Notes: generated by a model from the sequence alone, not told the origin. Numbered from the stretch's first letter, positions 17,526 through 27,359 are shown. The stretch is 50,696 nucleotides of DNA from Patescibacteria group bacterium UBA926 (GCA_002293685.1 DBDS01000007.1:108410-159105); one strand, 5' to 3'. Numbers and translations are program-made.

Positions 17526-18845
17526 TTATTGTTTTTTTACTAAGTTCAGCTTAATTGGTGTTCCCCAGAAGCCAAGCTTTTGAATAATCTGTTTTTCGAG
17601 ATAACGACGGTATTGAGTAGAAATCGCAGCCGGGTGATTTACAAGTAAATCAAACATCGGTGCGTGAGTGCCAGTTTGAGTGAGGCCATGAACTTTTGGG
17701 ACCTTTTGATCGAGCATGCGGCGTGGCGGATTCTTTTCCATGGTGTAAGCCAGAAGTCTGTCTAAATCTTCTTGGCTCACAGTTTTTCCACGAGCTTCGT
17801 AGATAGGCTTAATCGCGGCCAACGCTTCGACAATATTTTCTCCAGTGACAGCTGAGACGAAGAAAACAGGCGCGAACCATAAGAACGGGAAGTGATGAGA
17901 AACGTAATCTTGCAATTCTTTTTCTTCACCTTCGTACTTATCCAATTTGTTTACTAAAATCACCACACCTTTACCGAGCTCTAAAATTTCTCCGGCAATT
18001 ACTTGGTCTTGCTTTGTAATAGTTTCGTTGGCTTCGATTACAAACAAAACAACATCACTTTTCCGAATTGATTTAAAAGTTTGAAAGACAGAGTAAACAT
18101 CTGGTTGAGCCTGGCGGTAGGACTTCTTTTTAAGTCCGGCAGTGTCGATAAATGTATAGTCCTGCCCATCTATATTTATAGAAACATCAATTGAAGTTCG
18201 GGTTGTTCCTGGGATATCGGAAACAATCACGCGCTTCTCACCAAGAATGTGGTTAATCAAACTCGATTTACCAACATTTGGTTTACCCACAATTGCAACT
18301 GGTATTCCAAGATGCTTTGGAGGCTTTTCAATTTTAAGTTTCTTTAGGTCGGTAGTAATTTGATCGAGCATGTCGCCGATACCGCGACCGGTAGTAGCAG
18401 AAATAGGAAAAATCTTTTTTATTCCAAGTTTATCGAACTCGCTACCAAACTCGCGGAACTTAACAGGGGAGTCAACTTTGTTTACCGCTAACACAACCGG
18501 CTTTTTTGTCTTGCGAAATTTAATAAGAGCTTTACGGTCGATTGTTCCCGCATCAATTTTACTATCGGCCACAAATAAAATTAAGTCCGCTTCATCTATA
18601 GCAAACTCGATTTGTTCGATTAATGCATCTTCAAGTTCCTGCTTATCACCAAAAGTGATTCCAGCTGTGTCGACCATAGTAAAATCAATCCCGTTCCAGG
18701 CGGTATCAATATATTGTCGGTCACGAGTTGTGCCAGCAACTGTGGAAGTTACAGCGGCGCGCATTCCTGAGATTTTATTTAGCAACGTTGACTTACCGAC
18801 ATTCGGTTCACCGACAATCGCAACGATTGGTAGTCTAGGATTCAT
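17526..18845 (-). CDS. der: Ribosome biogenesis GTPase Der (EngA)
   Basis: Two G domains (GEPNVGKS, GKPNVGKS, two DTAG, NKVD/NKLD) and a KH-like C-terminus. Confidence 0.97.
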   Translation of the reverse strand: MNPRLPIVAIVGEPNVGKSTLLNKISGMRAAVTSTVAGTTRDRQYIDTAWNGIDFTMVDTAGITFGDKQELEDALIEQIEFAIDEADLILFVADSKIDAGTIDRKALIKFRKTKKPVVLAVNKVDSPVKFREFGSEFDKLGIKKIFPISATTGRGIGDMLDQITTDLKKLKIEKPPKHLGIPVAIVGKPNVGKSSLINHILGEKRVIVSDIPGTTRTSIDVSINIDGQDYTFIDTAGLKKKSYRQAQPDVYSVFQTFKSIRKSDVVLFVIEANETITKQDQVIAGEILELGKGVVILVNKLDKYEGEEKELQDYVSHHFPFLWFAPVFFVSAVTGENIVEALAAIKPIYEARGKTVSQEDLDRLLAYTMEKNPPRRMLDQKVPKVHGLTQTGTHAPMFDLLVNHPAAISTQYRRYLEKQIIQKLGFWGTPIKLNLVKKQ

Positions 18846-18858
18846 TATAAAATATTAG

Positions 18859-20301
18859 TTATTCTCCGAGAATTACAATCACATCCACTTTAGCTGGATC
18901 GACTTTAATTCCTGGTGGAGCAAGTGAGACTTCGCTCGCTACAAGGCGGTCTTTGATTAAATTGAGAGTAGCTGCTTTTTGATTCACAGAGTAAACGACA
19001 GTTTGTTCAAGAGGTCGTCCAGTGTAGATTACTTTGTAAACTGTAAGTCCTGCGCCAGCTAATTCTGTTTCTGCAGCTTTATATAGTTTTTGAGAGACAG
19101 TGCTATCTGCTAACCAAACTACAGCTTTTTCCGACATGAGAGCTCCAGTATCAAAACTATTTTGGAAAAAATCGATTATGCTCTGATTGTTTTTACCCGC
19201 ACAAGTTGTAAGTACAAATGCGCCACTTTCTTCTAAAATCTTTGAACAGATTAAGCCAGTTGTTGGATCAAGACTGATACTTGTTACATTCTCTGAACCA
19301 AAATCTTTAGTGAGAGTGTATAACCTAATCATTTCACCAGGTGTTAGGTTGGTGTGAAAATGTTCTCCAACGATGGTAAATAGCTCGTTAATTTTTCCGG
19401 CATCGGCAACTATGTTTAGTGAAACAACTTTTGTTTTAGCCGCTTGAATAATTTTCTGTTGCCTTACTCCACGGGCAAAATCCGAACCTTCCGGGCCTGC
19501 TGCGTGTCTAGAGCGTGCAAAGATAAGAGCTCTTTCACCATTCATTTGTTCGATTCCTTCTGTGAAAGTCACAGCTGGGATATATCCGCCGGAATTATTC
19601 GGGAAAGTATAATCCGTAAAAGTGTTATCAATTTGAACTTCAACGCCGCCGAGCAGGTCGATAGTTTTTTCAAATCCATCAAAGTCCATCACAGCGAAGT
19701 AGGGGATTTTCAGCCCAGACATTTTTTCTACGACACCAATTGTAGCCTGACCAGCTTCGTTCCAGTCTTTGTTTTTGTTGTATGCGTTTGCAAATACAGC
19801 ATTAATTCTGCCTTGCCCAAACTCATTTGTGTTAACAAGGTAATCTCTGGGAATGGAGGTAAGTGTAGCTTTTTGTTCACCAGGTCTAAGCTGTGCCAGT
19901 ATAATTGTATCAGTTAAGTATGGTCCGTCGTGACCTGGTCCGCCAATACCAAGAAGCAGCACATTAACTTGTCCTTCTTGCTCACCTATAACTTTGCTTC
20001 CACTACCGATAGATAGTAAATCGGTGATTCTGCTGTACAGGCTTTGGTTGTTGCCAACAAAAATTTTGTCGGCGAGGCTCGTAGTGCGCAATAACACTAA
20101 ACCTCCGACAATCACAATAATCGCAACAATAACTCCAATTACAATTTTTAAACCCCGCTTAGATTTACGCGCTGGTGGAGTTGGTTCCTTGGGAATTTGG
20201 TCGTCGGTTGGTGGTGTATGAGGGTGTTTATCTGCTTGAGCAAAAAACTCTTCATATCGGTCGATGTTCTTGCTATCAATTTTCGGAGGAATGGAATTCA
20301 T
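18859..20301 (-). CDS. LCP (LytR-CpsA-Psr) family protein
   Basis: TM anchor; NVLLLG, TDTII, SIPRD, ARSRH and SDFARGVRQQ motifs. Confidence 0.93.
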   Translation of the reverse strand: MNSIPPKIDSKNIDRYEEFFAQADKHPHTPPTDDQIPKEPTPPARKSKRGLKIVIGVIVAIIVIVGGLVLLRTTSLADKIFVGNNQSLYSRITDLLSIGSGSKVIGEQEGQVNVLLLGIGGPGHDGPYLTDTIILAQLRPGEQKATLTSIPRDYLVNTNEFGQGRINAVFANAYNKNKDWNEAGQATIGVVEKMSGLKIPYFAVMDFDGFEKTIDLLGGVEVQIDNTFTDYTFPNNSGGYIPAVTFTEGIEQMNGERALIFARSRHAAGPEGSDFARGVRQQKIIQAAKTKVVSLNIVADAGKINELFTIVGEHFHTNLTPGEMIRLYTLTKDFGSENVTSISLDPTTGLICSKILEESGAFVLTTCAGKNNQSIIDFFQNSFDTGALMSEKAVVWLADSTVSQKLYKAAETELAGAGLTVYKVIYTGRPLEQTVVYSVNQKAATLNLIKDRLVASEVSLAPPGIKVDPAKVDVIVILGE

Positions 20302-20470
20302 TAACTGTATAAAATTAAGAAAAATTACCTAGCTATTATAGCTGATATTAACTGTTCCGTTAAGGGGTAAAATTACGAATTTTCTAGAAAAAAATTCAAA
20401 ATTAAGGTCTTGCATTGGGTGGTTTCGGGTGTTATAGTTCAAATGTTATTTATTATTTTTGAAACAAAAT

Positions 20471-21079
20471 ATGTCAGAACAAAAAATCGTTATCGAATCA
20501 GCAAGTGAAGAAGAAATTCAGCCATCATCTGGTTCGTTTTTGTGGGAATTAATACGCATAATTGTAGTTGCTTTTGTTGTAATGGTTGCTTTTCGAGTTT
20601 TCGTTGCGGAACCTTTTGTTGTGTCAGGTTCATCCATGGTTCCAAACTTTCATAACAAAGAATATCTAGTTGTCGATAAGGTCAGTTATCGCTTAGGCGA
20701 ACCAAAGCGGGGCGATGTTATCGTATTTAAATATCCAAAAGACACATCTCAATATTTTATTAAAAGAATCATTGCTTTACCAGGTGAGCGTGTACAAGTT
20801 GATAACGGACGTGTCAAAGTTTTCAATAATGAGTATCCTGAAGGTGTGGTTATTTCAGAGCCTTATCTGACAAGTGAAGATGCTACATTCGGTAAAACAG
20901 ATATTGTAACTCTCGGTAGCAGCGAGTATTATGTTTTGGGTGATAATCGTTTGGCTTCGAGTGATTCTCGGGTATGGGGAATTTTGCCAGAACATAATAT
21001 CATTGGAAAAGCATGGTTTAGAGCTTTTCCAATTACTGAACTAGGGTTCCCGTCGTTCCCAGATCCAATTTTAAATTAG
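20471..21079 (+). CDS. lepB: Signal peptidase I
   Basis: SGSSMVPNF, RGDVIVF, FIKRIIALPGE and GDNRLASSDSR motifs. Confidence 0.96.
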   Translation: MSEQKIVIESASEEEIQPSSGSFLWELIRIIVVAFVVMVAFRVFVAEPFVVSGSSMVPNFHNKEYLVVDKVSYRLGEPKRGDVIVFKYPKDTSQYFIKRIIALPGERVQVDNGRVKVFNNEYPEGVVISEPYLTSEDATFGKTDIVTLGSSEYYVLGDNRLASSDSRVWGILPEHNIIGKAWFRAFPITELGFPSFPDPILN

Positions 21080-21104
21080 TTTTTATTCGTAAATAGTTTA
21101 AGCA

Positions 21105-22391
21105 ATGGCTAAGACAGTAACAAAAAAATCAACTGCAACAAAGCCGGGAAGTATGAACGGCTTGCGAGATATCTACACTCAGACTAGTCCCCACTGGCAT
21201 GCAATTTTGAAACGACTTCGTAAAACAGGAAAGTCATATGGGTTTATGCCTGTTGAAGCTCCTATTGTCGAAGAAGAAAAAACTTACACCGATTTATTTC
21301 GCGATCAACCACAAGTCTTAGAGCGTACAATTTTCACTCAACTTGGAAATAAGTCTGTAGCGTTGCGTTCCAGCGTTTTGCCTTCTATTTTACGATATTA
21401 CGTTCAACATAAAATTTTCGAAGAGCAGCCAATGTCGAAGTGGTTTTACACTGGCAATATCATTGAGCAAGACGAACGTCAGGCAGCTCACTTAAATTAT
21501 CAGTTTGGATTTGAAGTTTTAGGTACGTTTAGTCACTTGTCTGAGGCACAAGTTATCTGTGCTGTTTGGGAATTTTTACGAACTTTGGGTTTGGAAAATA
21601 TTCAAATTGAAGTTAATATGCTTGGCGACGGGGGAGTAAGTCAAAGTGGTTATCCGAGTGTGCTGAAAGATTATTTAAAAACCCGAGACTTTGATTTATG
21701 TGATGATTGTATAAATCACACAACCGGACGTGTATTAAACGTATTGCGTTGTAATAATTTAAGTTGCCAATTAGTTGTTGCGGAAGCGCCAAGTGTTTTG
21801 GATTACCTCGATGATGATTCAAAATCTCACTTCACAAATGTTTTAGAAGCTCTTGATGAATTAAGCATTCCGTATCAACTCAATCAATATTACGCTGGGC
21901 CGCAGGGGACATCACGAACAAATTTTGTAATCAAATATATCGGTGATAAAGAGCAATTGGTTTTGGGTGAGGGTGGTCATCACGAATTGATGTTAAAGAA
22001 TATTGCTGGTAAAGCGATGCCGTCGTTTGGTTTTGTTGGAAATCTAGCAGCAATTGCAAAAGCTATGGAGCTTCAAGGGGTTGAACCACAACCAGATTAC
22101 AGCAATGAAGTATTTTTAGTACCACTGGGCGAATTGGCTGCAAAGAAAAGTTTGCGTTTGTTCCGCGATCTAGTGATTAGTGGAATTATTGTTCACGACC
22201 ACTTTGGTAGTGAAGGAGTAAAGAATCAGCTTAAAGCGGCACAGGATTGTAAAGCACCTGTCGCATTAATCATGGGTCAAAAAGAAGCAATGGACGAAAT
22301 GGTTATTTTGCGAGATGTGAAATCTGGAATGCAGGAAATTTTTCCTTACGAAAAAATTATCGATGAAGTTAAAAAAAGATTGGGAAAATAG
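21105..22391 (+). CDS. Degenerate histidyl-tRNA synthetase paralog
   Basis: HisRS architecture with CxxC...CxxxxC insert and anticodon-binding domain, but motif 2/3 arginines and GGRYD are missing. Confidence 0.8.
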   Translation: MAKTVTKKSTATKPGSMNGLRDIYTQTSPHWHAILKRLRKTGKSYGFMPVEAPIVEEEKTYTDLFRDQPQVLERTIFTQLGNKSVALRSSVLPSILRYYVQHKIFEEQPMSKWFYTGNIIEQDERQAAHLNYQFGFEVLGTFSHLSEAQVICAVWEFLRTLGLENIQIEVNMLGDGGVSQSGYPSVLKDYLKTRDFDLCDDCINHTTGRVLNVLRCNNLSCQLVVAEAPSVLDYLDDDSKSHFTNVLEALDELSIPYQLNQYYAGPQGTSRTNFVIKYIGDKEQLVLGEGGHHELMLKNIAGKAMPSFGFVGNLAAIAKAMELQGVEPQPDYSNEVFLVPLGELAAKKSLRLFRDLVISGIIVHDHFGSEGVKNQLKAAQDCKAPVALIMGQKEAMDEMVILRDVKSGMQEIFPYEKIIDEVKKRLGK

Positions 22392-22483
22392 TTTAGCACT
22401 TACGAATTGTGCGAATGTACGAATTTTCATAATCGAATATATTTAATTCATCATACATTCATTTGATTAGTAATTTGAAATTT

Positions 22484-22819
22484 ATGGATAATTGCGTATT
22501 TTGTAAAATTGGTAGTCATAATCAAACCGCTGACCTCGTTTTCGAAAACGAGGAGCTATATGTGGTTCACGACATCATGCCAAAAGCACCTGTTCACTTT
22601 TTAGTGATACCTAAACAACATTTGGAATCAATAAATCATTTAGCAGAAGACAAAGCCGATTTGGTTGGTAGAATGATTCTACTCGCGAAAGACCAAGCAG
22701 CTTTGCATGGCATTGGCAGTACAGGTTATAAACTGGTGTTTAATGTTGGTAAAGATGGTGGTCAAGTTATTCCACATCTTCATCTTCATGTCTTGGGTGG
22801 TAAGCAGATGCCAGAATAG
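22484..22819 (+). CDS. HIT family (Hint-like) protein
   Basis: CVFCKI, PKAPVHFLVIPK and HLHLHVLGG motifs. Confidence 0.95.
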   Translation: MDNCVFCKIGSHNQTADLVFENEELYVVHDIMPKAPVHFLVIPKQHLESINHLAEDKADLVGRMILLAKDQAALHGIGSTGYKLVFNVGKDGGQVIPHLHLHVLGGKQMPE

Positions 22820-22974
22820 CTGTTAAGTGGTCATCGAAACCGCGCACTAATCGTTGGTGCGCGTTTTTATTTGACCACCCTTGAAAAATACGGTATAATT
22901 ACGTCATATTTAAGGTCAAATAGGTTATTTATTTTAATCTATATAGACCAATACAGGGAAAGAGGTGAAATTCA

Positions 22975-23211
22975 TTGGTAGAAGTTAAAAAGAAAGAACA
23001 CGAATCCTTTGATGCGTTACTCCGCCGGTTTAATCGTAAGATTCAACAAAGCGGTGTTTTAGTGCGCGCGCGTAAGACACGCTTTTTCGAACCAGAAAAA
23101 AGCCGTAACCTACAACGCACTAATGCGATCCGTCGCAGCGAATTAAGAGAAATTCGTGAAGAACAGAAGCGTATTGGCCGTCCGGTCAAGCCTTCGAGAG
23201 GACGAAGATAA
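22975..23211 (+). CDS. rpsU: 30S ribosomal protein S21
   Basis: ESFDALLRRFNRKIQQSG...RFFE; TTG start with a SD-like sequence. Confidence 0.92.
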   Translation: MVEVKKKEHESFDALLRRFNRKIQQSGVLVRARKTRFFEPEKSRNLQRTNAIRRSELREIREEQKRIGRPVKPSRGRR

Positions 23212-23654
23212 TGGATTTATCATTACAAACCATTGAAGATCAGTTAAAAACTTATTTAAAAGAGAAGAATCAAATTGCCGTTGATACCTTGCGCGGTTTA
23301 AAAACTCGCATTACCAACGAGCAGATTTCAAAAGGCTCCGAACTCACTAGTGACGAAATTTTGGCGCTAGTTAAATCAGAAGCGAAACGTCGCAAGGAAG
23401 CTGTAGAAGCTTTCACAACGGGCGGACGGGCTGATTCCGCGGCGAAAGAAACAGCCGAGTTAGATATTTTAAGTACTTTTTTACCTGAACAATTATCAGA
23501 AGAACAAGTTGCAGCAAAAATCGAAGAACAGATTTCCGCGAACGGTTGGACAGCAGCAGACTTCGGTAAAGCTATGGGAACTTTGAAGCAAGAATTTGGC
23601 AACGATGCCGATGGGGCAATGGTTTCTAGATTGCTCAAAGAACGATTAAAATAA
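23211..23654 (+). CDS. GatB/YqeY domain protein
   Basis: Follows rpsU; KRRKEAVEAF, FLPEQLSEE and FGKAMG motifs. Confidence 0.92.
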   Translation: MDLSLQTIEDQLKTYLKEKNQIAVDTLRGLKTRITNEQISKGSELTSDEILALVKSEAKRRKEAVEAFTTGGRADSAAKETAELDILSTFLPEQLSEEQVAAKIEEQISANGWTAADFGKAMGTLKQEFGNDADGAMVSRLLKERLK

Positions 23655-23975
23655 AATATAATCAACCTGTGAGTGTTTCCTTGTTTGACCCAGTAGTGAG
23701 CGTGATAGCAGGGGAATGCGTAGTACAAAATTAAAATTAAATTAAGCGATTCACTGTTTAGTCAAGTTCGCTATAAAATAAAAATATAATCAACCTGCGA
23801 GTGTTTTCCTGTTTGACCCAGTACGCGAAGCCAGCGAGCACCGAGTGAGTCGTAATAAAAGTTACGGCGAGCGAGGAGTGGAGCTGGCGACAAAGTAATG
23901 GGTCAAACCTGGAAGGCGAAGTTCGCTTGAGTGCGAATTTACTTCGCACGATGCGAACGAGCAGGGGAACACTAG
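23647..23975 (+). repeat. Duplicated structured element upstream of ftsA
   Basis: About 50-bp direct repeat (23647-23695 and 23774-23823); full copy closed by AGTGTTTTCCTG...CAGGGGAACACT. Confidence 0.7.
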
Positions 23976-23983
23976 ATAACAAA

Positions 23984-25231
23984 ATGGCAAGAGAACAATA
24001 TATAGTCGGTCTTGATATAGGAACCCAAAACATTCGGGTTGTTCAGGGCAAAGTTGAAGAAAACGGTAGAGTCAATATCATTGGCGCGAGTCAGGTTCCA
24101 GCAGTGGGGCTAAGACGCGGCGTTATTGTTGATATTGACGAGGCCGTTTCTTCTATTTCTAGCGCGTTAGAACGAGTAGAGCGTATGACTGGCGTGCCTG
24201 TTCAATCTGCTAACGTAGCTGTTGGTGGAAATCATATTGCTTGTGTCGACAGCAAGGGCGTGATTGCTGTGTCTCGTGCCGATGGTGAAATTAGTGAAAA
24301 TGACGTAGTCCGTGTTATCGATGCTTCTCAAGCCATTTCGATTCCGCCGAACCGTGAAGTGATTCACGTTATTCCAAAAACTTTCACGCTAGACGGCCAA
24401 GCCGGAATCAAAGATCCTCTTGGCATGACAGGAATCAGGTTGGAAGTAGAAACTATTCTCATCCATGGAGCAACGCCTTTCTTAAAGAATTTGCAGAAAG
24501 CAATAATGCAAGCTGGTTTGGAAATTGATCAGTTGGTTCTTTCACCATTGGCTGCAGCAGCTAGTGTTCTGTCGAAGCGCCAGAAAGAATTAGGTGTTGC
24601 GATTGTTGATTTGGGCGCAGGTACTACAAGCTTGGCAGTGTTTGAAGAGAACAACTTAGTGCATACTGCGATCATTCCTGTTGGTTCAATGCACATCACT
24701 AACGACATCGCTATCGGGTTGCGTTGCACAATCGATACAGCCGAACGCGTGAAGTTAGTTTACGGACAAGCTTCAAGTAAAATGATGGATAAGTTAGCAG
24801 AGGTAGATTTGAACAAAATTGATCCTGAAGAAACCGAGCGCGTACCGCAAACTTTGGTTGGCGATATTATCGAAGCTAGACTCGAAGAAATTTTTGACAT
24901 GGTAGTTCGCGAGTTGAAACTCATCGACCGCGACGGGAAGTTGCCGGCGGGAATTATCTTGACTGGCGGCGGTAGTTCGCTTCCAGGAGTTGTTGAATAC
25001 GCAAAGCATCGTTTCAGGCTACCTGTTTCCATCGGCGTACCTACCGAAATGGACACTGTGATCGATCAAGTCGTCGAACCGGCTTTTGCAACTGTGGTGG
25101 GACTGTCTTTATGGGGCGGTGGCCATTCCGCAGGCGGAATGTCTATGCCTGGAGCCGATGTTTTCAAAGGGTTGTGGAATCACAAATTTGTGCTAAAATT
25201 GAGGCAATGGGTCAAGTCTTTCATGCCTTAA
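23984..25231 (+). CDS. ftsA: Cell division protein FtsA
   Basis: VGLDIGT, VDLGAGTT, HITNDIAIGL and IILTGGGS motifs; start moved to ATG 23984. Confidence 0.97.
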   Translation: MAREQYIVGLDIGTQNIRVVQGKVEENGRVNIIGASQVPAVGLRRGVIVDIDEAVSSISSALERVERMTGVPVQSANVAVGGNHIACVDSKGVIAVSRADGEISENDVVRVIDASQAISIPPNREVIHVIPKTFTLDGQAGIKDPLGMTGIRLEVETILIHGATPFLKNLQKAIMQAGLEIDQLVLSPLAAAASVLSKRQKELGVAIVDLGAGTTSLAVFEENNLVHTAIIPVGSMHITNDIAIGLRCTIDTAERVKLVYGQASSKMMDKLAEVDLNKIDPEETERVPQTLVGDIIEARLEEIFDMVVRELKLIDRDGKLPAGIILTGGGSSLPGVVEYAKHRFRLPVSIGVPTEMDTVIDQVVEPAFATVVGLSLWGGGHSAGGMSMPGADVFKGLWNHKFVLKLRQWVKSFMP

Positions 25232-25415
25232 ACCCAAATAGCTCCCAAAAATAAAACGAAAACGCAAAAATAACAAATCGATCGAATTTCAGGCTCAGCC
25301 TTCACTTGTTATTTTGCGTTTTATTATTTAAGATATACTAATGATTCAGGTCTGACTCGTGGAACTGACCAGTCCGGCGAGCGAGCTCTGAATCAGAATT
25401 CAGTAACCATTTTTT

Positions 25416-26618
25416 ATGAAAAAAACTATGGAAGTTAAACCGAAAATCGAAACATTTGCGCGCATTAAAGTTCTCGGAATTGGTGGTGGTGGAACCTCTG
25501 CTGTTAATAGAATGTCCGAGTTGGGCATCAAAGGTGTAGAATTCATCGCAATCAACACTGATGCTCAATCCTTACATCACAACCAAGCCGACCGAAAAAT
25601 TCATATTGGTAAAAGCATTACTAAAGGTTTAGGTTCTGGAATGAATCCAGAACTTGGTCGTCAAGCTGCAGAAGAAAGCCAAGAAGAACTTGAAGATGCA
25701 ATCTCCAATGCTGATATGGTTTTCATAACAACTGGTTTGGGTGGTGGAACAGGAACTGGTGCCGGTCCAATTGTTGCTGAGTTAGCAAAGAACCGCGACA
25801 TTTTAACAATCGCCGTTGTCACCAAGCCTTTCACATTCGAAGGAAGCAAACGCCGTGAAGTAGCGGAAGCCGGTTACGATAATCTTAAAGACAAAGTAGA
25901 CGCAATTATTTCTATTCAGAACGATCGCATTTTACAAATCATCGACAAGAAAACTTCTATTATGGATGCGTTCAAGACAGTGGACGATGTACTCAGACAG
26001 GGGATTGCCGGTATCTCTGATTTGATTACTACTCATGGAAAAATCATGAACGCCGATTTCGCGGACGTTCGAACAGTAATGCAAAACGCTGGAACTGCTT
26101 TGATTGGTATTGGTTCAGCATCTGGTGAAAACCGTGCTGAGCTTGCTGCTAAAGCTGCGATTAACTCTCCATTGTTAGATATGACTATCGATGGTGCGCG
26201 CGGTGTCTTGTTCAACATCACAGGTGGTGCCGATCTAGGAATGTTCGAAATCGACGAAGCTGCGAAAGTTATCACTAAGAATGTTGATTCCGACGCAACC
26301 GTTAAATTTGGAACTGTTCTCGATGAAACTATGGGCGACGAAGTTCGCATTACCGTTATTGCGACTGGTTTCGACGAAAACAATCGTCGTCCAACACCGA
26401 TTTCTTTCTCGCCGGTAGAAGATAGAGAGTTCACTCCGAAAGCTGCTCCTGCGCCTTCGGTTAATCCAATCTTTGAAGATGAGGAAGAGCCAGAAGTAGC
26501 TGTGCGCAGACCATTGTTTAAACCAAAGCCTGTCGAGCCGGTACAGAGTATGTCGGATGACAATAATACGGATGATGAGTTGGACATACCTGCGTTTATC
26601 CGTAAGAAAATGAAATAA
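25416..26618 (+). CDS. ftsZ: Cell division protein FtsZ
   Basis: GGGTGTG tubulin signature, NADFADV, C-terminal LDIPAFIR. Confidence 0.99.
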   Translation: MKKTMEVKPKIETFARIKVLGIGGGGTSAVNRMSELGIKGVEFIAINTDAQSLHHNQADRKIHIGKSITKGLGSGMNPELGRQAAEESQEELEDAISNADMVFITTGLGGGTGTGAGPIVAELAKNRDILTIAVVTKPFTFEGSKRREVAEAGYDNLKDKVDAIISIQNDRILQIIDKKTSIMDAFKTVDDVLRQGIAGISDLITTHGKIMNADFADVRTVMQNAGTALIGIGSASGENRAELAAKAAINSPLLDMTIDGARGVLFNITGGADLGMFEIDEAAKVITKNVDSDATVKFGTVLDETMGDEVRITVIATGFDENNRRPTPISFSPVEDREFTPKAAPAPSVNPIFEDEEEPEVAVRRPLFKPKPVEPVQSMSDDNNTDDELDIPAFIRKKMK

Positions 26619-26625
26619 CTTTTTT

Positions 26626-26650
26626 TAACCCCGCCTGACGGCGGGGTTTT
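26626..26650 (+). terminator. ftsZ terminator
   Basis: AACCCCGCCTGACGGCGGGGTTTT. Confidence 0.75.
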
Positions 26651-26657
26651 GTTATGG

Positions 26658-27007
26658 ACACCACAAGGTTTGCACGCTCAAGCTGTTGAGCTACGCCGCT
26701 ACAAATCGCAAGCGATTTGGCGGCTGGGCTACAAAGGCTATCGCTTCGCAAACCTTGTGGTGTGAAAGAATGGGTGGTAAGGAATTAGCAAACCAGAACG
26801 AAAAACCCCCAGTAGGGACTTTTATTTACTCCCCGCGTTGCGGGGAGTTTTTTATTTCCGCGGGTCCTGTCACGCTGCACCTCCAGTCGTCCTCCTCCGT
26901 GCGGGCGACTGGAGGGCCTCCGCAGCTTGCCACCCGCTAATGAATGTTTAGGGGGTGTGGTTTCAAAGGCTATCGCTAAGCAAACCTTGTGATGTGAAAG
27001 AATGGGT
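26658..27007. repeat. Composite of hairpin elements with 44-bp direct repeats (26732-26775 and 26964-27007)
   Basis: 16-bp perfect IR at 26658/26763; direct repeats 41/44 identical. Confidence 0.75.
26860..26937 (-). repeat. 78-bp bulged hairpin element, copy 1
   Basis: 72/78 identical to 35218-35295 in the opposite orientation. Confidence 0.9.
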
Positions 27008-27068
27008 ATGAAAATAAACACAAAACGAAGTAACCATATATTTATGGTTCAAGGGATTAATAATCCCT

Positions 27069-27182
27069 GCTACCCACTTCGGAGGTAGTAAGCAAGCGCC
27101 GCCGGTTGTAGCCCGCCTAAATCTTTTTCAAGATTTTGGCGGGCGAAGACCGTACGAGAGTGCTGCCGAAGAAGTGGGTAGC
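27069..27182. repeat. Long stem element containing a CCC-N4-AAATCT palindrome
   Basis: GCTACCCACTTC...GAAGTGGGTAGC enclosing CCCGCCTAAATCT...AGATTTTGGCGGG. Confidence 0.7.
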
Positions 27183-27359
27183 TAAACTGAATTTTAAATA
27201 CTAAATAAAAAGAGAGTTGCTGTTCCTTCCAGAAAGGATTAGGCTAAAAAAGAATTCCTTCCAAACTAATAAAGAAATTATAATTAGACAAGACAAAGAA
27301 TTTATGCTATAATACTTAAGTAGAAATTCGTGAAGAAATAAAAACAAAAGTTTTCGTTC

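Noticed and set aside
21105-22391. Calling this hisS or hisZ
   Set aside because: Catalytic motifs are missing for hisS. The anticodon domain is present and no his genes are nearby for hisZ.
23927-23983. Extended N-termini of FtsA (also NusB, RelA/SpoT and the 39944 and 42004 ORFs)
   Set aside because: Downstream ATGs match family starts or SD/-10 positions; the extensions run through promoters or repeats.
18370-26587. Long antisense ORFs within der, LCP, yqeY, ftsA and ftsZ
   Set aside because: Shadow frames of well-supported genes.
26686-27021. ORFs 26686-26940 and 26785-27021
   Set aside because: They lie wholly within GC-rich hairpin elements and have no start signals.
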